The position numbers and the translations under genes were made by a program. A stretch of 64,000 bases of DNA, taken from the NCBI GenBank assembly GCA_951406725.2, contig OX597816.1, positions 93,248,001-93,312,000 on the forward strand, written 5' to 3'. Below, piece by piece: positions 37,801 through 51,440 of the stretch (positions within the stretch are counted from its first letter, which is position 1; the number at the start of each line of letters is the position of its first letter). The notes under the pieces were generated by a model. The model ran no database searches and was not told where the DNA came from. It was given only the letters and a program-made list of their open reading frames with translations. Source of the stretch: Octopus vulgaris (Eukaryota).

Positions 37801-38193
37801 CATTTAGACTAGAGTTTCTGAAGGTGGGGCAAATACCAAACCAGTGGGGTGTGACAATATTTTAATGGCATGTGAATTACTTCAGTAATAAATGAATAAA
37901 ACTTACAATAAAGTTTTAATTAAAACCTCTCTAGAATAATAATGCTATTGACTAATGATGGTGAGGCATATGCTTTTTTGGAAAAGTGAGTCAGGCATGA
38001 GACAAACAAAGGTTGATAAACACCAATTCAGACCCAGGTCAATCCTAATTAAATAGAAAATGGTCAAAAGTATTCCATCCTTGTACACATCACCTTCTAA
38101 GAATTATGTTTAGAACTACAATATTCAAGTGTCCTTCCTATATTTTTGACATTAGGGTGAAATTTGAGGAAGATTTGGATTAAAGTGACCATA

Positions 38194-38600
38194 TAGGCAC
38201 AGAAGTTGCTGTGTGGTAAGTAGCTTGCTTTCCAACCACATGGTTCCGGGTTCAGTGCCACTATGTGGCACCTTGGACAAGTGTTTTCTTCTATAGCCTC
38301 AGGCCGACCAAAACCTTGTGAGTGGATTTGGTAGACGGAAACTGAAAGAAGCCCGTCATATATACGTATATATATATGTGTGTGTTTGTGTGTCTGTGTT
38401 TGTCCCCCCAACATCGCTTGACAACCGATGCTGGTGCGTTTACGTCCCCGTAACTTAGTGGTTCAGCAAAAGAGACTGATAGAATAAGTACAAGGCTTAC
38501 AAAGAATAAGTCCTGGGGTCAATTTGCTCGACTAAAGACGGTGCTCCAGCATGGCCACAGTCAAATGACTGAAACAAATAAAATAGTAAGAGTAAGAGTA
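38194..38600 (+). mobile_element. SINE family B, full length (best copy)
   Basis: tRNA-like head GTGTGGTAAG...TTGCTTTCCAACCAC...CCGGGTTCAGT, internal (TA)/(TG) tract, (GTAAGA)n tail. Confidence 0.92.
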
Positions 38601-39256
38601 TATAAAAACTTTCAAATCGGTTCTTCTTGCAAAATGGTTAGCATGCTAGACAAAAATGCTTAGCATTAACATCTGGCTCTTTATATTTTGAACTCAAATA
38701 CTGTCAAGTCTACTGTAACACTAATCCTTTCTCTGTTGGTGAAATAATGCACAATTCAAGTACTGGAGTTGATGTTGACTAACACCCTTCCCTAAAAGTG
38801 ATAGCCTTGTGCCATAATTTGAAACCCTTGCAGTAGCATTTAGTTTTAAGGCTTGAATTGTTGAATACATTAACTTTCTTTGTACAACATGCAGCGCTAC
38901 AATAATCATAGTATGTAATAACATTCTTGTTGCATTCATCTGCCCACTGGGTGCACTGTCGCTAAAGCCACAATGAGTGATAACACTGCAAATGAAACCT
39001 TACAGCATGCCGTGTAACAATAAATACAATAAATAGTGCAGCAAATCAATGCAGAATAACAATAAATAGGTGATCACTCTATAGATGAAGTCATACAGCA
39101 AGCAACATAATAATTCCTTCTACTATAGACACAAGGCCTGAAATTTGAGGAGAGGATGTTTGTTGATTACATTGCCCCAATACACAACTGGTACTTATTT
39201 TATTAACTTCAGATGGACGAAAGGCATAGCAGACCTCACTGAATTGACTCAGAATA

Positions 39257-39436
39257 ATCATCATCATCATCATCATCATCCTCATCATCGTTTAACGTCC
39301 ACTTTCCATGTTGGCATGGGTTGGACGATTTTGACTGAGAACTGGCAAACCAGATGGCTGCACCAAGCTCCAATCTTGATCTGGCAGAGTTTCTACAGCT
39401 GGATGCCCTTCCTAATGCCAACCACTCCAAGAGTGT
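39257..39436 (-). mobile_element. RTE 3'-end fragment (family C)
   Basis: Homology to 20205-20405. Confidence 0.88.
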
Positions 39437-41025
39437 AAAGACAAACAAAATTCCACTAAATATTTTGTCCAGCATGCTAAGGATTCTGCCTGTGATATTA
39501 TGGTTAAAATAAGCAGTCACACTGCAAGTGAAACCTTGCAGCACGCAGCGTAATGATAAATAAACAGTCACACTATGGACGCAATTTCGTGGTGGTGCGA
39601 AGTATAACAATACTCATAATGCCAAATAACATTATTACATCCATCCACTCAGTTTCAGCACCAGTAGTGTTACTTAGCTGAAAGTCAGCTCTGATGCAAC
39701 AGATCTATCATCAAAAACATTCCAACCATGATCATCCTGTCTTTTATTCTGGTATAGCAGATCTAGGACAATGTTATCTAATGTATCTTTATTTTCTTAA
39801 GGTAGAGCTAATATAATCTGAGGGAGATTTAGTAACCATTCTTAGTAGGTTTTAGTGACCATACAGATGCTTTCTTGTTGGTAGTACTGATAAGATTGGT
39901 ATTTTTTGACACATAATTTCCAACACTTTTATTGTATACATTTGAATTTGTGCAATAATCACATGGTTTCGGGTTCAATCTCATTGCAAGTCAACTTATA
40001 CACGTTGTCATCAACTACAGTGTTGGGTTTAGCAATGCCTTGTGAAATTTGGAATTCTGTTACATACTTATCCATAACATCTATATATCTATACCATACA
40101 CACACAACACACACACACACATACACACACACACACACACACATGCATATATCACAATCATCATTTAACATCCATTTCCATGCTGGCATAGGTTGGCTGG
40201 TTTGACAGGATCTGGCGACCTGCAGGTCTTCATTGAGTTTCAATGTCAGCTTGGGATCGTTTCTATTGTTGGATGCCCTTCCTAATGCCAATCACTTTTC
40301 AGGGTGTACTGGGTACTTTTATCATGCCACCAGCATTAATGAGGTTGCTATGTAACTTGCAAGATTAGTAAGAATAAGGGAAGGAAAAAGTTCCCTCAAC
40401 TAAGTGAAAGGTGTCTTTGAGATGGGAAGAAGTAGCTTTATGCTGATTAAAGTATGAGCGAGGAATCAGCATGGGTTTCATGCTACAGAGAAAATATGTG
40501 GCTACTCTACATTATATGAAGCTGGGTGGAAGTAGCTGGGAAAAGGATAAGATGGTAATAATAGCGTGCTGGAGCAAGAGAAGATATGAACAGTAGATCA
40601 GGAGGAAGGTGGGGATTGGGAGTTATAAGAATGTGAGGGGAGGAGTAACAGATGGTTAGTGATAGTTTAGAGGTGAATATAGTGAGTAATGACCTGGGGT
40701 GAATGGGTGGCTTAGTGGGAAGTATCAGTAGTGGGGTAACAAGATGAGATATAGAAGTGGCTCAGGGATGATAGATCAGGAAGTGGATGATGAGCAAGGT
40801 GTAGGAGTGGTGGGGTGAGAGAGGTAGAGGTATATAAAGGTAGATATAGTGAGTGGGTGGAGGCATGTGGCTTAATGGTTAGGGTGTTAGACTCATGATC
40901 ATAAGATTGTGGTTTCCATTCCTGGACTGAGCGACACGTGTTCTTGAGCAAAGCATTCCATGTCGCTGTTGTCCAGTCCAGTCAGTTGGCAAAAATGGGT
41001 AACACTGCTATGGACCAGCATCCTG

Positions 41026-41280
41026 TCATCATCGTCATCATCCTCATTTAACGTCCATTGTCCATGCTGGCATAGGTTGGATGGTTTGACCAGTGCTGGT
41101 AAGCTGGAAGGCTCCACCTGACTCCAGTCTGATTTGGCATGGTTTTCAATGGCTGGATGCCCTTCCTAATGCCAACGACTCCAAGAGGGTAATGGGTGCT
41201 TTTACGTGCCACCAGCATGGGTGCCATTTGTATGACACCAGTATCTACCATGACTGTAATTTTGCTCAGCTTGATGGGTC
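41026..41280 (-). mobile_element. RTE 3'-end fragment (family C), abutting a SINE A head at 40858-41020 (+)
   Basis: CATTTAACGTCCATTGTCCATGCTGGCATAGGTTGG...GGATGCCCTTCCTAATGCC. Confidence 0.85.
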
Positions 41281-41695
41281 TATATATGCCATGAAACCAA
41301 GAAACCAGCCCTTATGAGTCAGTATCACTCAAGAAGGTAACTTTACTCTTACCTTTACATAGTGAGTGGGGCATGGTGACAGATATGAGACTGACAGTTA
41401 TAAGAGGTGTTGAGATAAAATATTGGCAGAGGAGATGGGGAAGTAACTGAAGGCAAAGAAGGAAATGATTGGTGAAAATGGTGTGAGAAGGGATTATAAT
41501 GAGTGACATGAGTGGAATAAAAGATGGTGGCAACTCAAAGTGAATAAAATGGAGGGGGGGGATATAATACGATTCAAGCAGAGATGAATTTTAAGAGGTT
41601 AGGGAGATGAGATAAGGGGAATTCTTGATGGGAAAGAATGTGGGTAGGGAGAGAATCCAGCACATGCAAGCAATATCAAAATATTTTTAGGACTT

Positions 41696-41888
41696 GAAGG
41701 TGGCAAGCAGGCGAAATGCTTAGTGGTATTTCATCTGTCTTTATGTTCTGAGTTCAAATTCTACCAAGGTCGATTTGACTTTCATCCTTTCAGGATTGAT
41801 ATATTAAGTACCATTTGTGTACTGGGGTCAATCTAATCGCCTGGTCCCTTCCCTCAAAATTTCGTGCGTGGTGCCTTGAGTAGGAAAT
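41696..41888 (+). mobile_element. SINE family D (alternative 3' tail)
   Basis: 16-bp TSD AATATTTTTAGGACTT at 41680-41695 and 41889-41904. Confidence 0.88.
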
Positions 41889-42141
41889 AATATTTTTAGG
41901 ACTTCATCTATATTGTAATGGATGGGTCTATTCAAGCACAGAAATTTGCCAATCATTTCAGTTCTTTGTAATCTCCCTTATGAGCCTTCTCTACTTCATC
42001 TCATGTCTTCTTGAATCCCTCTCTTCCACAAGTTCCATCCACTTTATGTCACTGGCACTTTATATACAACTTTCTTCATCTTTATGCATCACACAATCAA
42101 ATAACCACTATCTTTTCTACTTAATTTTTATATTTTTTACC

Positions 42142-42184
<43 letters not shown>

Positions 42185-42333
42185 GGTTAAGTAATTGAGA
42201 TTCTAGTGAATTCTAAAGAATTCACATGAATATGGTCCTTAACTAGGATGCACCGGATATCTATATGGTGTTAACCATACGACAAGTGGGGTGATTATAA
42301 ATAGGAAAAAAGCAACAAGAATGGATTAAAATC

Positions 42334-42417
42334 TCGGTACAATCGTTTCGTACGAGGACATCTTTAATAAGCTACAAAAAATGCAGTGAATACAGATGGC
42401 TCGTACTCGTCAGCCGA
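42334..42417 (-). ncRNA. Canonical-core type I hammerhead ribozyme
   Basis: TCGG-CTGACGA-GTACGAG-(CATCT...AGATG)-CTCGTAC-GAA-ACG-at-TGT-A-CCGA: perfect 7-bp stem II with G10.1-C11.1, GUA triplet. Confidence 0.87.
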
Positions 42418-42793
42418 AAAAATATCAGAGAATTCCCAAACATCAAAAGGGGTAGATACAAAAGAGGTTGTAAGATTAACTGCATTGAAGAAAGTTCGAT
42501 TCATGGAGATCCGATGAAAGGTTTTAAACCTATAGAATTTATGCATGTCTACATATAGCTCATATTGAATATTTGATCAAGTTGTATGAAGAAATTTTCG
42601 GATACAGTCATGCAAAATTTCTGAAAATCCGAGTAAGAGGCAAAGTGACTGCCACATCATGTAGAGGAAAGTCTGAGTAAAAACATAGTGACTGTCATAT
42701 CGTGTAGAGGAACAGATTGTTATTGAAATTTACAAGAATCGCAGATAAGTTCGATTTTTTGGAGATCCGATGAAAAAGTCTTGAACTTACAAA

Positions 42794-42834
<41 letters not shown>

Positions 42835-43057
42835 CTTACAAAATATATATATATATATATGTTTAGGTGCAAACAGGAATGGTTCTGTGATATGAAATCT
42901 GCTTTACAGTAATGTGATTTCATGTTCAGTCCCACTGTGTGGCACTTTGGGTAAGTGTTTTCTAATACAGCCCTAGACCAAACAAAATCATGTGAGTGGG
43001 TTTTTTTGGTGGTAACTGTAACAAGCTTGCAGCATATGTATATATATAAGTATGTAT

Positions 43058-43104
<47 letters not shown>

Positions 43105-43105
<1 letters not shown>

Positions 43106-43500
43106 GCATGGCTGTGTGGTAAGAAGCTTGCTTCTCAACCAAAAGGTTCCAGGTTCAGTCCCACTATGTGAAACCTTGGGCAAGTGACTTCTTATATAGC
43201 CTTGGGCTGACCAAAGCCTTGTGAGTGGATTTGGTAGAAAGAAAGTGAAAGATGCCCATCGTATATACTTATATGTATCTATCTATGTGTGTGTGTTTGT
43301 GTCTATGTTTAACTCCCACCACTGCTTGACAACCAATGATGGTGTATTTACGTCCCTGTAACTTAGTGGTTTGGCAAAAGATACTGATAGAATAAGTACC
43401 AGACTTCATAAAATAATAATATCGATTTGTTTGACTAGGTGGTACCCCAGCGTGGCCACAGTCAAATGATTTAAACAAGTAATAGATAAAAGATAAAAGA
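43105..43500 (+). mobile_element. SINE family B
   Basis: Homology to 38194-38600. Confidence 0.88.
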
Positions 43501-43511
43501 TGTATTTATAC

Positions 43512-43552
<41 letters not shown>

Positions 43553-43553
43553 A

Positions 43554-43598
<45 letters not shown>

Positions 43599-43654
43599 TA
43601 TATTTACACTTATATATACATACACCCACAAACACAAACACACACACATCCAAA

Positions 43655-43939
43655 TTTGTGTAGGAGAATATATTAATCAATGAAATTTCGACTTAGTTTG
43701 ATTTTCATCTTTTGTTATTTGCAATTTTTACAATTTTGCGATATTGAAATATACTAGTACTTTTATGCATTTTGTAATCATCATATTTATGTAATGATAG
43801 TCGTGTTCCATGTGGAACATGACTGCCACTACATAAATAATATTGTAATGTTGTAAAATTATAAAAATTGCAAATAATAAAATATGAAAATCAGACTAAG
43901 TTGAAATTTCCTTGATTATTAATATTGTTCTATACACAA
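43655..43939. repeat. Fold-back element, arms ~95 bp
   Basis: AATCAATGAAATTTCGACTTAGTTTGATTTTCAT...ATTTGCAATTTTTA vs TAAAAATTGCAAAT...ATGAAAATCAGACTAAGTTGAAATTTCCTTGATT. Confidence 0.85.
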
Positions 43940-43953
43940 TCATACAAACTCAG

Positions 43954-44004
<51 letters not shown>

Positions 44005-44019
44005 TTTAGATATATTTAT

Positions 44020-46110
44020 AGAGAAAGAGCATTCTGTGGTTAATTACCTAGATGCAAACCTAAGCTTAGTAACGAATAGAACCCAACCATTCCATAAATT
44101 AAACAAAAACCTTAAGTATATTAATACCCATAGCAACAATCCTAGTTCAGTCAAAAGAGCACTAATAGAAATATAGGTAAAAGATTTTCTATGTTATCCT
44201 AGGATATAGATACTTTCAATAAACATGCCCCTTACTATAATGGTGCATTAAAAGAAGCAGAATATAATACGAAAATTAAATTCTATAATAATTACGGGCC
44301 AAATAATAATACTAGGAATCATCCTAATGCTCAAACCAACTATTGAAGTAATAGCAAAGATAATAACAAACAATATAAGGAAATGAATAAAGATAATTAT
44401 AATATACATATAAATAAAAATAATAAAAATGATCATAGTAAGGATAATACCAAAAATAATTCAAATGGAAATAAGCATAATTATTATATACCCACTAAGA
44501 ATACACTGACAATGAACAAAAATAATAAGATGAATTATAATAATAGTAATATTAATAATAATAATAAACAAGGAAATTATATGGTTAATTATCCCTTATG
44601 GGGTCCAAATCAAAACTAACTTAATTAAAGAAATTCTGCACGTAATAAAAACATCCTTTAAAAAGAACAAAATGTACTCGAAAATATTCTCAAACAAAAC
44701 TATCAGAGTGGGCTATTCAACAACAAGACACGTTAGTAATATTATATCCTCTATAAGCAATGTCAAATTATATAAATTTTATAACAATTTAACTAATAGT
44801 AACATTAGCTACGGAAGAAATATAACAAACAAAAAACATAACTGTATTTTAAATAAATGCACATGTAAAGATGAAGAAAGAATATATAGGATCCACAGCA
44901 AATGAAATTAAAAGAAGAATTTCCCAGCATTATCAATCCTTTAATAAACTCGACAGGTCTAAGTAAATACATATGGGAGTTGAAATCTGATAAAATAGAA
45001 TACACTTTATTGGAATATCATTAGTAGAGCGAAGTCATATAGAATAAGTAATAAAATGTGCTTATTATGCACAACTGAGTTTATGAAAATACTCCAGTCG
45101 AGAGAGGTATTACTGAACAGTATTGAAGAGAGAGAAATAAAATGCCGACATGAGAATATATAAAATTATAACTCCCACCAGTATGTAATTTCCTAAAAAA
45201 TTATGAGGAAGATAGTTAAATGTAGTTATAATAGAATTATATAATAGTATTAGATATGGATATATCAAGAACCAAGAATATATCTAAAGAATATTATCTT
45301 TAAAGCAATAGACAGGCCACATTTAATATAACATAAATCTCTAAATCTTAAACACTAGAAAAACACCCAGTTGAAGCTAGATTTCAGATTATCTTGTTAT
45401 TATCTCCTCTTGAATTCAACCTCTGTAATATTATTAGTCTTAGAGAAGTTTTCAGACTAGATTATTTTATTTATGTTATTCCCATAATACTTAGTGCACG
45501 ACAGAGGGAGCAGCCATTTGCACTCGAACAAGAAGGAGTAAACATTATGTTGATAAGTATTCTTCTTTTGTTAATTTTGTTTAACAGATTCATTTACTAG
45601 TTTTATTCAATAAATTTATGGTGCATATAGAGGTTTTTACTTTTTAAATATTATTAACTTACGTTTGACATAAAAATGGTAATTTATACTTGTATAGATG
45701 GGGTAAATCTTACAATAAATCATTAATTCCCGTAATGTTTATATAGATAGGTGGTGGAATTTGATGTGTTTATAATATAGTCAATGAGGGTTTCTTTGTG
45801 TTTAGCATTTTCTATATATATATCGGTATTGTATTTTTAGGTGTTTAATTTTATTTTTATTAATTTCTAAGTTTAAAACTTTTTTTTAATTTTGTAATTT
45901 TTAAAAATATATTAATAAGTTATATATTTTTATTATATTTTTATTCTTCTATTGAATACGTCTTAGAATATGTAGTTTTAACTTTGATCCATTAATAATT
46001 ATAACAATAAGAAAAATGGCCTGAAGATGCACTGGTAGATTTATGTATCAGGTATAACATGGAAACACCACCAGCGCAGAAACACATGTAGCATTGATTA
46101 AGAATATCTT
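44020..46110 (+). mobile_element. 5'-truncated, decayed Penelope-like element (Naiad/Nematis-like) with a 3' terminal HHR
   Basis: VVNYLDANLSL...YINTHSNNPSSVK...FNKHAPYYNGALKEAEY...KIFSNKTIRVGYS...YIGST...STGLSKYIWELK...CLLC...KCRH; stops and frameshifts. Confidence 0.85.
46015..46095 (+). ncRNA. Type I hammerhead motif at the PLE 3' terminus
   Basis: AATGGC-CTGAAGA-TGCACTGGT...ACCAGCGCA-GAA-ACA-ca-TGT-A-GCATT. Confidence 0.75.
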
Positions 46111-46844
46111 CTTTCCCCACAAACTAATAACAGGTAAAGTATATATATTTTTCAAAGATTTTTAAAATAATTTTATTGTACATTATAGTAGGTTTTAAAA
46201 TGCTTATATTCATTTTATTATTATACTGGATATAACTTTCTGTGCATTCCAGAAAATAAGGTAGTCCTGAAATAGGAGTTGCGGTTATATTGGTAAAATC
46301 CCAAATTTGTAATAATATATGTGTGTGTGTGTGTATACACATACACATACACACACATATCATCATGATCATCATCATTTAACATCTACTTTTCCATACT
46401 TTCATGGGTCAGATAGAATTAGTTGAGGCAAATGTCTTACAGCTGAATGTCTTTCCTATCAACAAAGATCACCTGTTTCTAGGCAAGATGAAATTCCCCC
46501 TTGGCTGGACATGTTTTGATGGAAGATTGGAAACAAAGGACCCAATTTTCATGATGGTCACACTTGTTTGCAACTAACTTGTGGAGTCAAAGAGATACAA
46601 ACACACATATAGATTACATATCTAACCCTGATCATCATGATTGCCATCATCATTTAATGTCTGTGTTCTGTACTGGCATGGGCTGCATGGTTTGGTTGGA
46701 GCTGTTAAAACCAGGAGCCACATGTGCCATTGCCTGTTTTGGCATGGCTTCTATGGCTGGATGCCCTCCTGATGCCAACCACATTACAGAATATACTCCA
46801 TGCTTTTATGTGGCACCAGTGCCAGTGTTTTTTTATGTGATATA

Positions 46845-47077
46845 TATTCTTTTATTCTTTAGTTGCTTCAGTCATTTGACTGTGGCCATGCTGGAGCACC
46901 ACTTTTATGCAAACAAATCAATCCTAGGATTTATTCTTTATAGGCCTAGTACTTATTCTATCGGTCTCTTTTGCCAAACTGCTAAGTTACAGGGATGTAC
47001 ACGCACCAACATCGGTTGTCAAGTGATAGTGGGGGGACAAACACAGACAAACAAACATATACACACATATACGCACG

Positions 47078-47166
<89 letters not shown>

Positions 47167-47290
47167 CAAGTTTTTGGTCAGCCTGGGGCTATAGTAGAAG
47201 ACACTTGCCCAAGCTGCTACACAGCGGGACTGAACCCAGAACAATGTGGTTGGGAAGCAAGCTTCTTATCACACAGGCACACCTGCACCT
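46845..47290 (-). mobile_element. SINE family B
   Basis: Reverse-complement homology to 38194-38600. Confidence 0.87.
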
Positions 47291-47489
47291 ATTTACACAC
47301 ATACACACACACACACGCACCACACACACACACGCACCACACACACACACGCACCACACACACACACAAGCACAGCATGTTTGGACTAAATTTGGCTGTT
47401 TGCATAAGAGGAAAAGGTAAAAATTATCCTATCCCAAAATAAAGTTAGTTTAGCACATCAAAAAATATCAATATGTGTATGGCTGGAAG

Positions 47490-48200
47490 ATAATAGTTTA
47501 CTTAACGTAGCTGCTCTCATCTTCCACCATGTCCTGAAGATGGCTCTAAGACCTAGTACATGTGTTCCTCACTGTATCACTGAGATGTTCTTTGAATACT
47601 TCCTTGATCCTTCATGACCCATTTTGTTGCAGGAAGAGCAGTTCGTGCATGACTTTTGTGTTTCAGGAAGAGCAGTTAGTGTCTTTTTCAACCATGCCCC
47701 ACATGTAATAATCCATGGGATTACAGTCAGGGAAATAAGGAGGCCAGAAATTGGGGCTGGGGAAGTAATAGAAACTTTCTAACAACCGCTTCTGACTCTT
47801 TCTAGAAGTATGGCAAGAAGTCAAATTCTGCTGCCATACATATAGCCTTCAGCAACAGCTCTCTCCAGCCAGGATTTGACTGTAGTCTCCAGCAGCTTTA
47901 CATAGCTGTCTGAATTGAGCCTTTAGCCCTGATCAGAGATATGGGAGTGAATTCCAGCATGAGGATGCAGTCAGAATGTCTGCTGTGTCCCTTTCTGCTG
48001 GCCACAGCTCTGTAGTCTCTGTTGCAGCTGTTCATCATGTCTTACAGTCATTACAGTGTTCAAAGAGCATTGAACAGCAGTCATGACATAGGCATTTTGA
48101 TACCTGGCACAACTCATCAGGATACAGGTGACTCTTTTTCAATTAAGTTTTCAAATCCGTCTTCATTAAGCTTTCCAGGATTTTCAACCATGTCTTCAGA
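47490..48200 (-). pseudogene. Decayed Tc1/mariner (maT / DD37D-like) transposase fragment
   Basis: Minus strand: YVWQQNLTSCHTSRKSQKRLLESFYYFPSPNFWPPYFPDCNPMDY, matching QQD.A..H...WPP.SPD.NP.DY. Confidence 0.75.
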
Positions 48201-49446
48201 ATGTAGAATGGGGTTGGTTTCTGTATTTCTTTTTTAAATGGGTAGCTTATGTTTATAAAGCCTTTCCTGCCAGGATTTGACCATTTGAACATTAGTTCTA
48301 TCACATTTATGAAGCGTTAATGTTGTGAATTAATTAGATGAATTTTCTATTAATATTTTTTCGCCTAACTTTGTTTTATGGTATGTTGTATATATTTTAT
48401 GGTATGACATTGCACCTTTGTGTAAATGCAAGGTGAACCTACTCAAGTGTGTCAGAGTTCTCTGGACAAAATAACAGTTGAGCTCCTGATCTTTGCAACT
48501 TTCCTTTTTTAATAAAATTTATAAATTACATTACTCATTTTTAGCTTGCTCTTGAATTTATATGATTGTGTTGTTAATAAAGTGGCTTTGATCAAATAGA
48601 TTTTCTGATATATTACTAATGGCAGTTTATAGTTTGATGCAATGCATTTTCTGTCTTATTTCCCAATTTTAACTTTTACATTGGTAGGACAAGTACCACA
48701 CTGCATCATAGGCTTGACAGACATTTACAACAAAGAGCAATTATATCACACTAGAATATACACAATAGCAACAAAACAAGATGAAAAAATATTAATAGAA
48801 AATACATCAACGCTTTATAGAATTCCCTACAGAAACAGACAATTAATTATGGAGACAATACTCGCATCACAGCAGAAGGCTACAATCAACATACCACATA
48901 CATAAATCACAAATGTGAATCTGATGATGTAGAATTTTAATGTTCTAATGGTCTAATTCTAGGTGGAAAGTCTGTATAAATATAAGCCACCCACTATCAA
49001 AGGGACAACATGGAAAACAACTCGACTCCACCTCCTAAACCTGAACCTGAGCTACACTGAAAATATTGGTAAAAATGAATTTGGGAACTTTATTGTTCCA
49101 GATAAACTATAGTACACAGACATGAAAACAGACTTTCATAAAAAGGTTTGAATTAGACCAAGGTTATGTTGTTTTCGATATAACATATATTTGTGTATTT
49201 GTGAGTGTGTGTGTTTATCTATCCATCTATCTATATGTGTGCATGTGTGTATATATATGTGTGTATGCATACATATATAAATATACACTCACGTGCACAC
49301 ATATATATGTGTGTGTATAAGAAAATGAGATGACAAAGGAATAAATGATTATTTTATGAACTGCATTGGCTTACAATTGCTTCTACTATAGGATGCATTG
49401 GACTCATAATTCAGTGCTTCAGTAACACTTAGATTCATTGGAGCCC

Positions 49447-49485
<39 letters not shown>

Positions 49486-49626
49486 CTGGCACTCCGTTGC
49501 TGATGACATCAAGGTTTCCAGTTGATATGATGAGTAAAGTGTCTTACTCAAAGTCACATGTCACAGGGAATTGACCTCACAACATTACAATCATGAGCCA
49601 AATGTCTTAACCACTAAGCCATATGA

Positions 49627-49660
<34 letters not shown>

Positions 49661-49666
49661 GCATAC

Positions 49667-49706
<40 letters not shown>

Positions 49707-49924
49707 TAATTCAATTTTGGTGGATTAATTAAAATGTAGGTATTCTGTTTCAGATAATACAAAAAATAACCTAATGAGTATATCTGAAAGTAAACTCATG
49801 GTATCAGTTTACACATCATGGAATAATACTCAAAGGATATAACTAAAATCGCCAGCAGGGTATATATTATACTTCATTAATTATCTCCTACTTGAGTTAA
49901 TACTTAAATTTATTAAATATGAAG

Positions 49925-50064
49925 GCACTACATGTGTTTCAGTATTGGAAGATTACAATATATATATACATATACACAACTGTATACATATATATATATA
50001 TACATATATAAATAGATAAATGCAATCGTCAGATTTACAATTATTCCAACACATCTTCAGGTTC
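49925..50064 (-). ncRNA. Type I hammerhead motif with a (TA)n microsatellite inside loop II
   Basis: GAAC-CTGAAGA-T-GTGTTGGAA...TTCCAATAC-T-GAA-ACA-ca-TGT-A-GTGC; same stem III as 46015. Confidence 0.65.
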
Positions 50065-50104
50065 TTTTTCAAAATATTATATATCTAATTTTACATCCCT
50101 TTAA

Positions 50105-50325
50105 CCTTTTAGTGTTCACATTATTCTGCCAAAATTAATCTTTTTTTATCCTCATTGCCTTGAACTAATCAGGCATTATCTTGGAGCTATGAGATTTTGA
50201 TGAGGTAGCTGTTAATTTTTAAGATGATATTGTAGGATTGGGGTGAGAGACCAGATCTGGCAAGTTTGAACATAAAACAGGCAGAATACTTTTGGCCGGA
50301 TATGGCCGGTTTAAATGCTAAAGGG
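50105..50325. mobile_element. piggyBac-type MITE
   Basis: TTAA|CCTTTTAGTGTT ... AATGCTAAAGGG|TTAA. Confidence 0.8.
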
Positions 50326-50629
50326 TTAAAAATAAGCAATACAATTAAGCATTAAAGATTAAAAATTAAGAATTAAAAATTAAAAATAAAAGTTATACTT
50401 AGTAATATTAAGAATTAAAATTTATAAATTATACATTATAAATATGACTTAGTATATATATCAATCATGTACATTATAAATATGAATTGGTAAATATATC
50501 AATCACTCCATAAATTTTATATTTTAAAAATTTCTGGATGCTTGCTGTTTTGTGAAGTATTCCTGTCTTGTTGAAAGCTCAAAACAGGTAGTAATAAACA
50601 GTCAACAACTGAAGAGAAGTTAGACTTCC

Positions 50630-50818
50630 TTTGGTATTTTGTCTGCCGTTATGTTCTGAGTTCAAATTCTGCCGAGGTCAACTTTGCCTTTCATCCTTTC
50701 GGGGTCGATTAAATAAGTACCAGTTATGAACTGGGGTCGATATAATCTACTTAATCCATTTGTCTGTCCTTGTTTGGGCTCTCTGTGTTTAACCCCTTGT
50801 GGGTAGTAAAGAAATAGA
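50630..50818 (+). mobile_element. SINE family D
   Basis: GAGTTCAAATTC B-box and GCCTTTCATCCTTTCGGGGTCGAT core. Confidence 0.88.
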
Positions 50819-50942
50819 AATTTTGTCCTGTACTGATCTCATGTGGGTTTACGTATTTTTCACTTGTTGGTGATGTCCTGTACTTATTGTGTATTTTTAA
50901 TTGTATATAGAGAGAGGGAGGGAGGGAGAGAGATACATATAC

Positions 50943-50990
<48 letters not shown>

Positions 50991-51021
50991 GTTTGTAAGT
51001 ATGTATGTATGTATTTATGTG

Positions 51022-51054
<33 letters not shown>

Positions 51055-51064
51055 GCATGTATAC

Positions 51065-51440
51065 ATCCTTTTATCTTTTACTTGTTTCAGTAATTTAACT
51101 GTGGCCTTTCTGGGGAACCTCCTTGAAAAATTTTCAGTCAAATGAATAAATCCCAGTACTTTTTTTATTTGAAATCTGGTACTTATTCTATCATTCTCTT
51201 TTGCTGAACTACTAAGTTGCTGGAATATAAACACACCAACACCAGTTGTCAAGCAATGGTGGAGGACAAATGCAGACACAAACACACACACACACACAGA
51301 TATATAAATATACATATATATGATGGGCTTTTTTCTGTTTCCAACTATCGAATCCACTCACAAGGCTTTGGTTGGTCTGAGGCTAACTGAACCTGAAACC
51401 ATGCGGTTGGGAAGCAGCCTTCTTACCACCCAGCCATATA
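51065..51440 (-). mobile_element. SINE family B, diverged
   Basis: Reverse-complement homology to 38194-38600. Confidence 0.82.
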
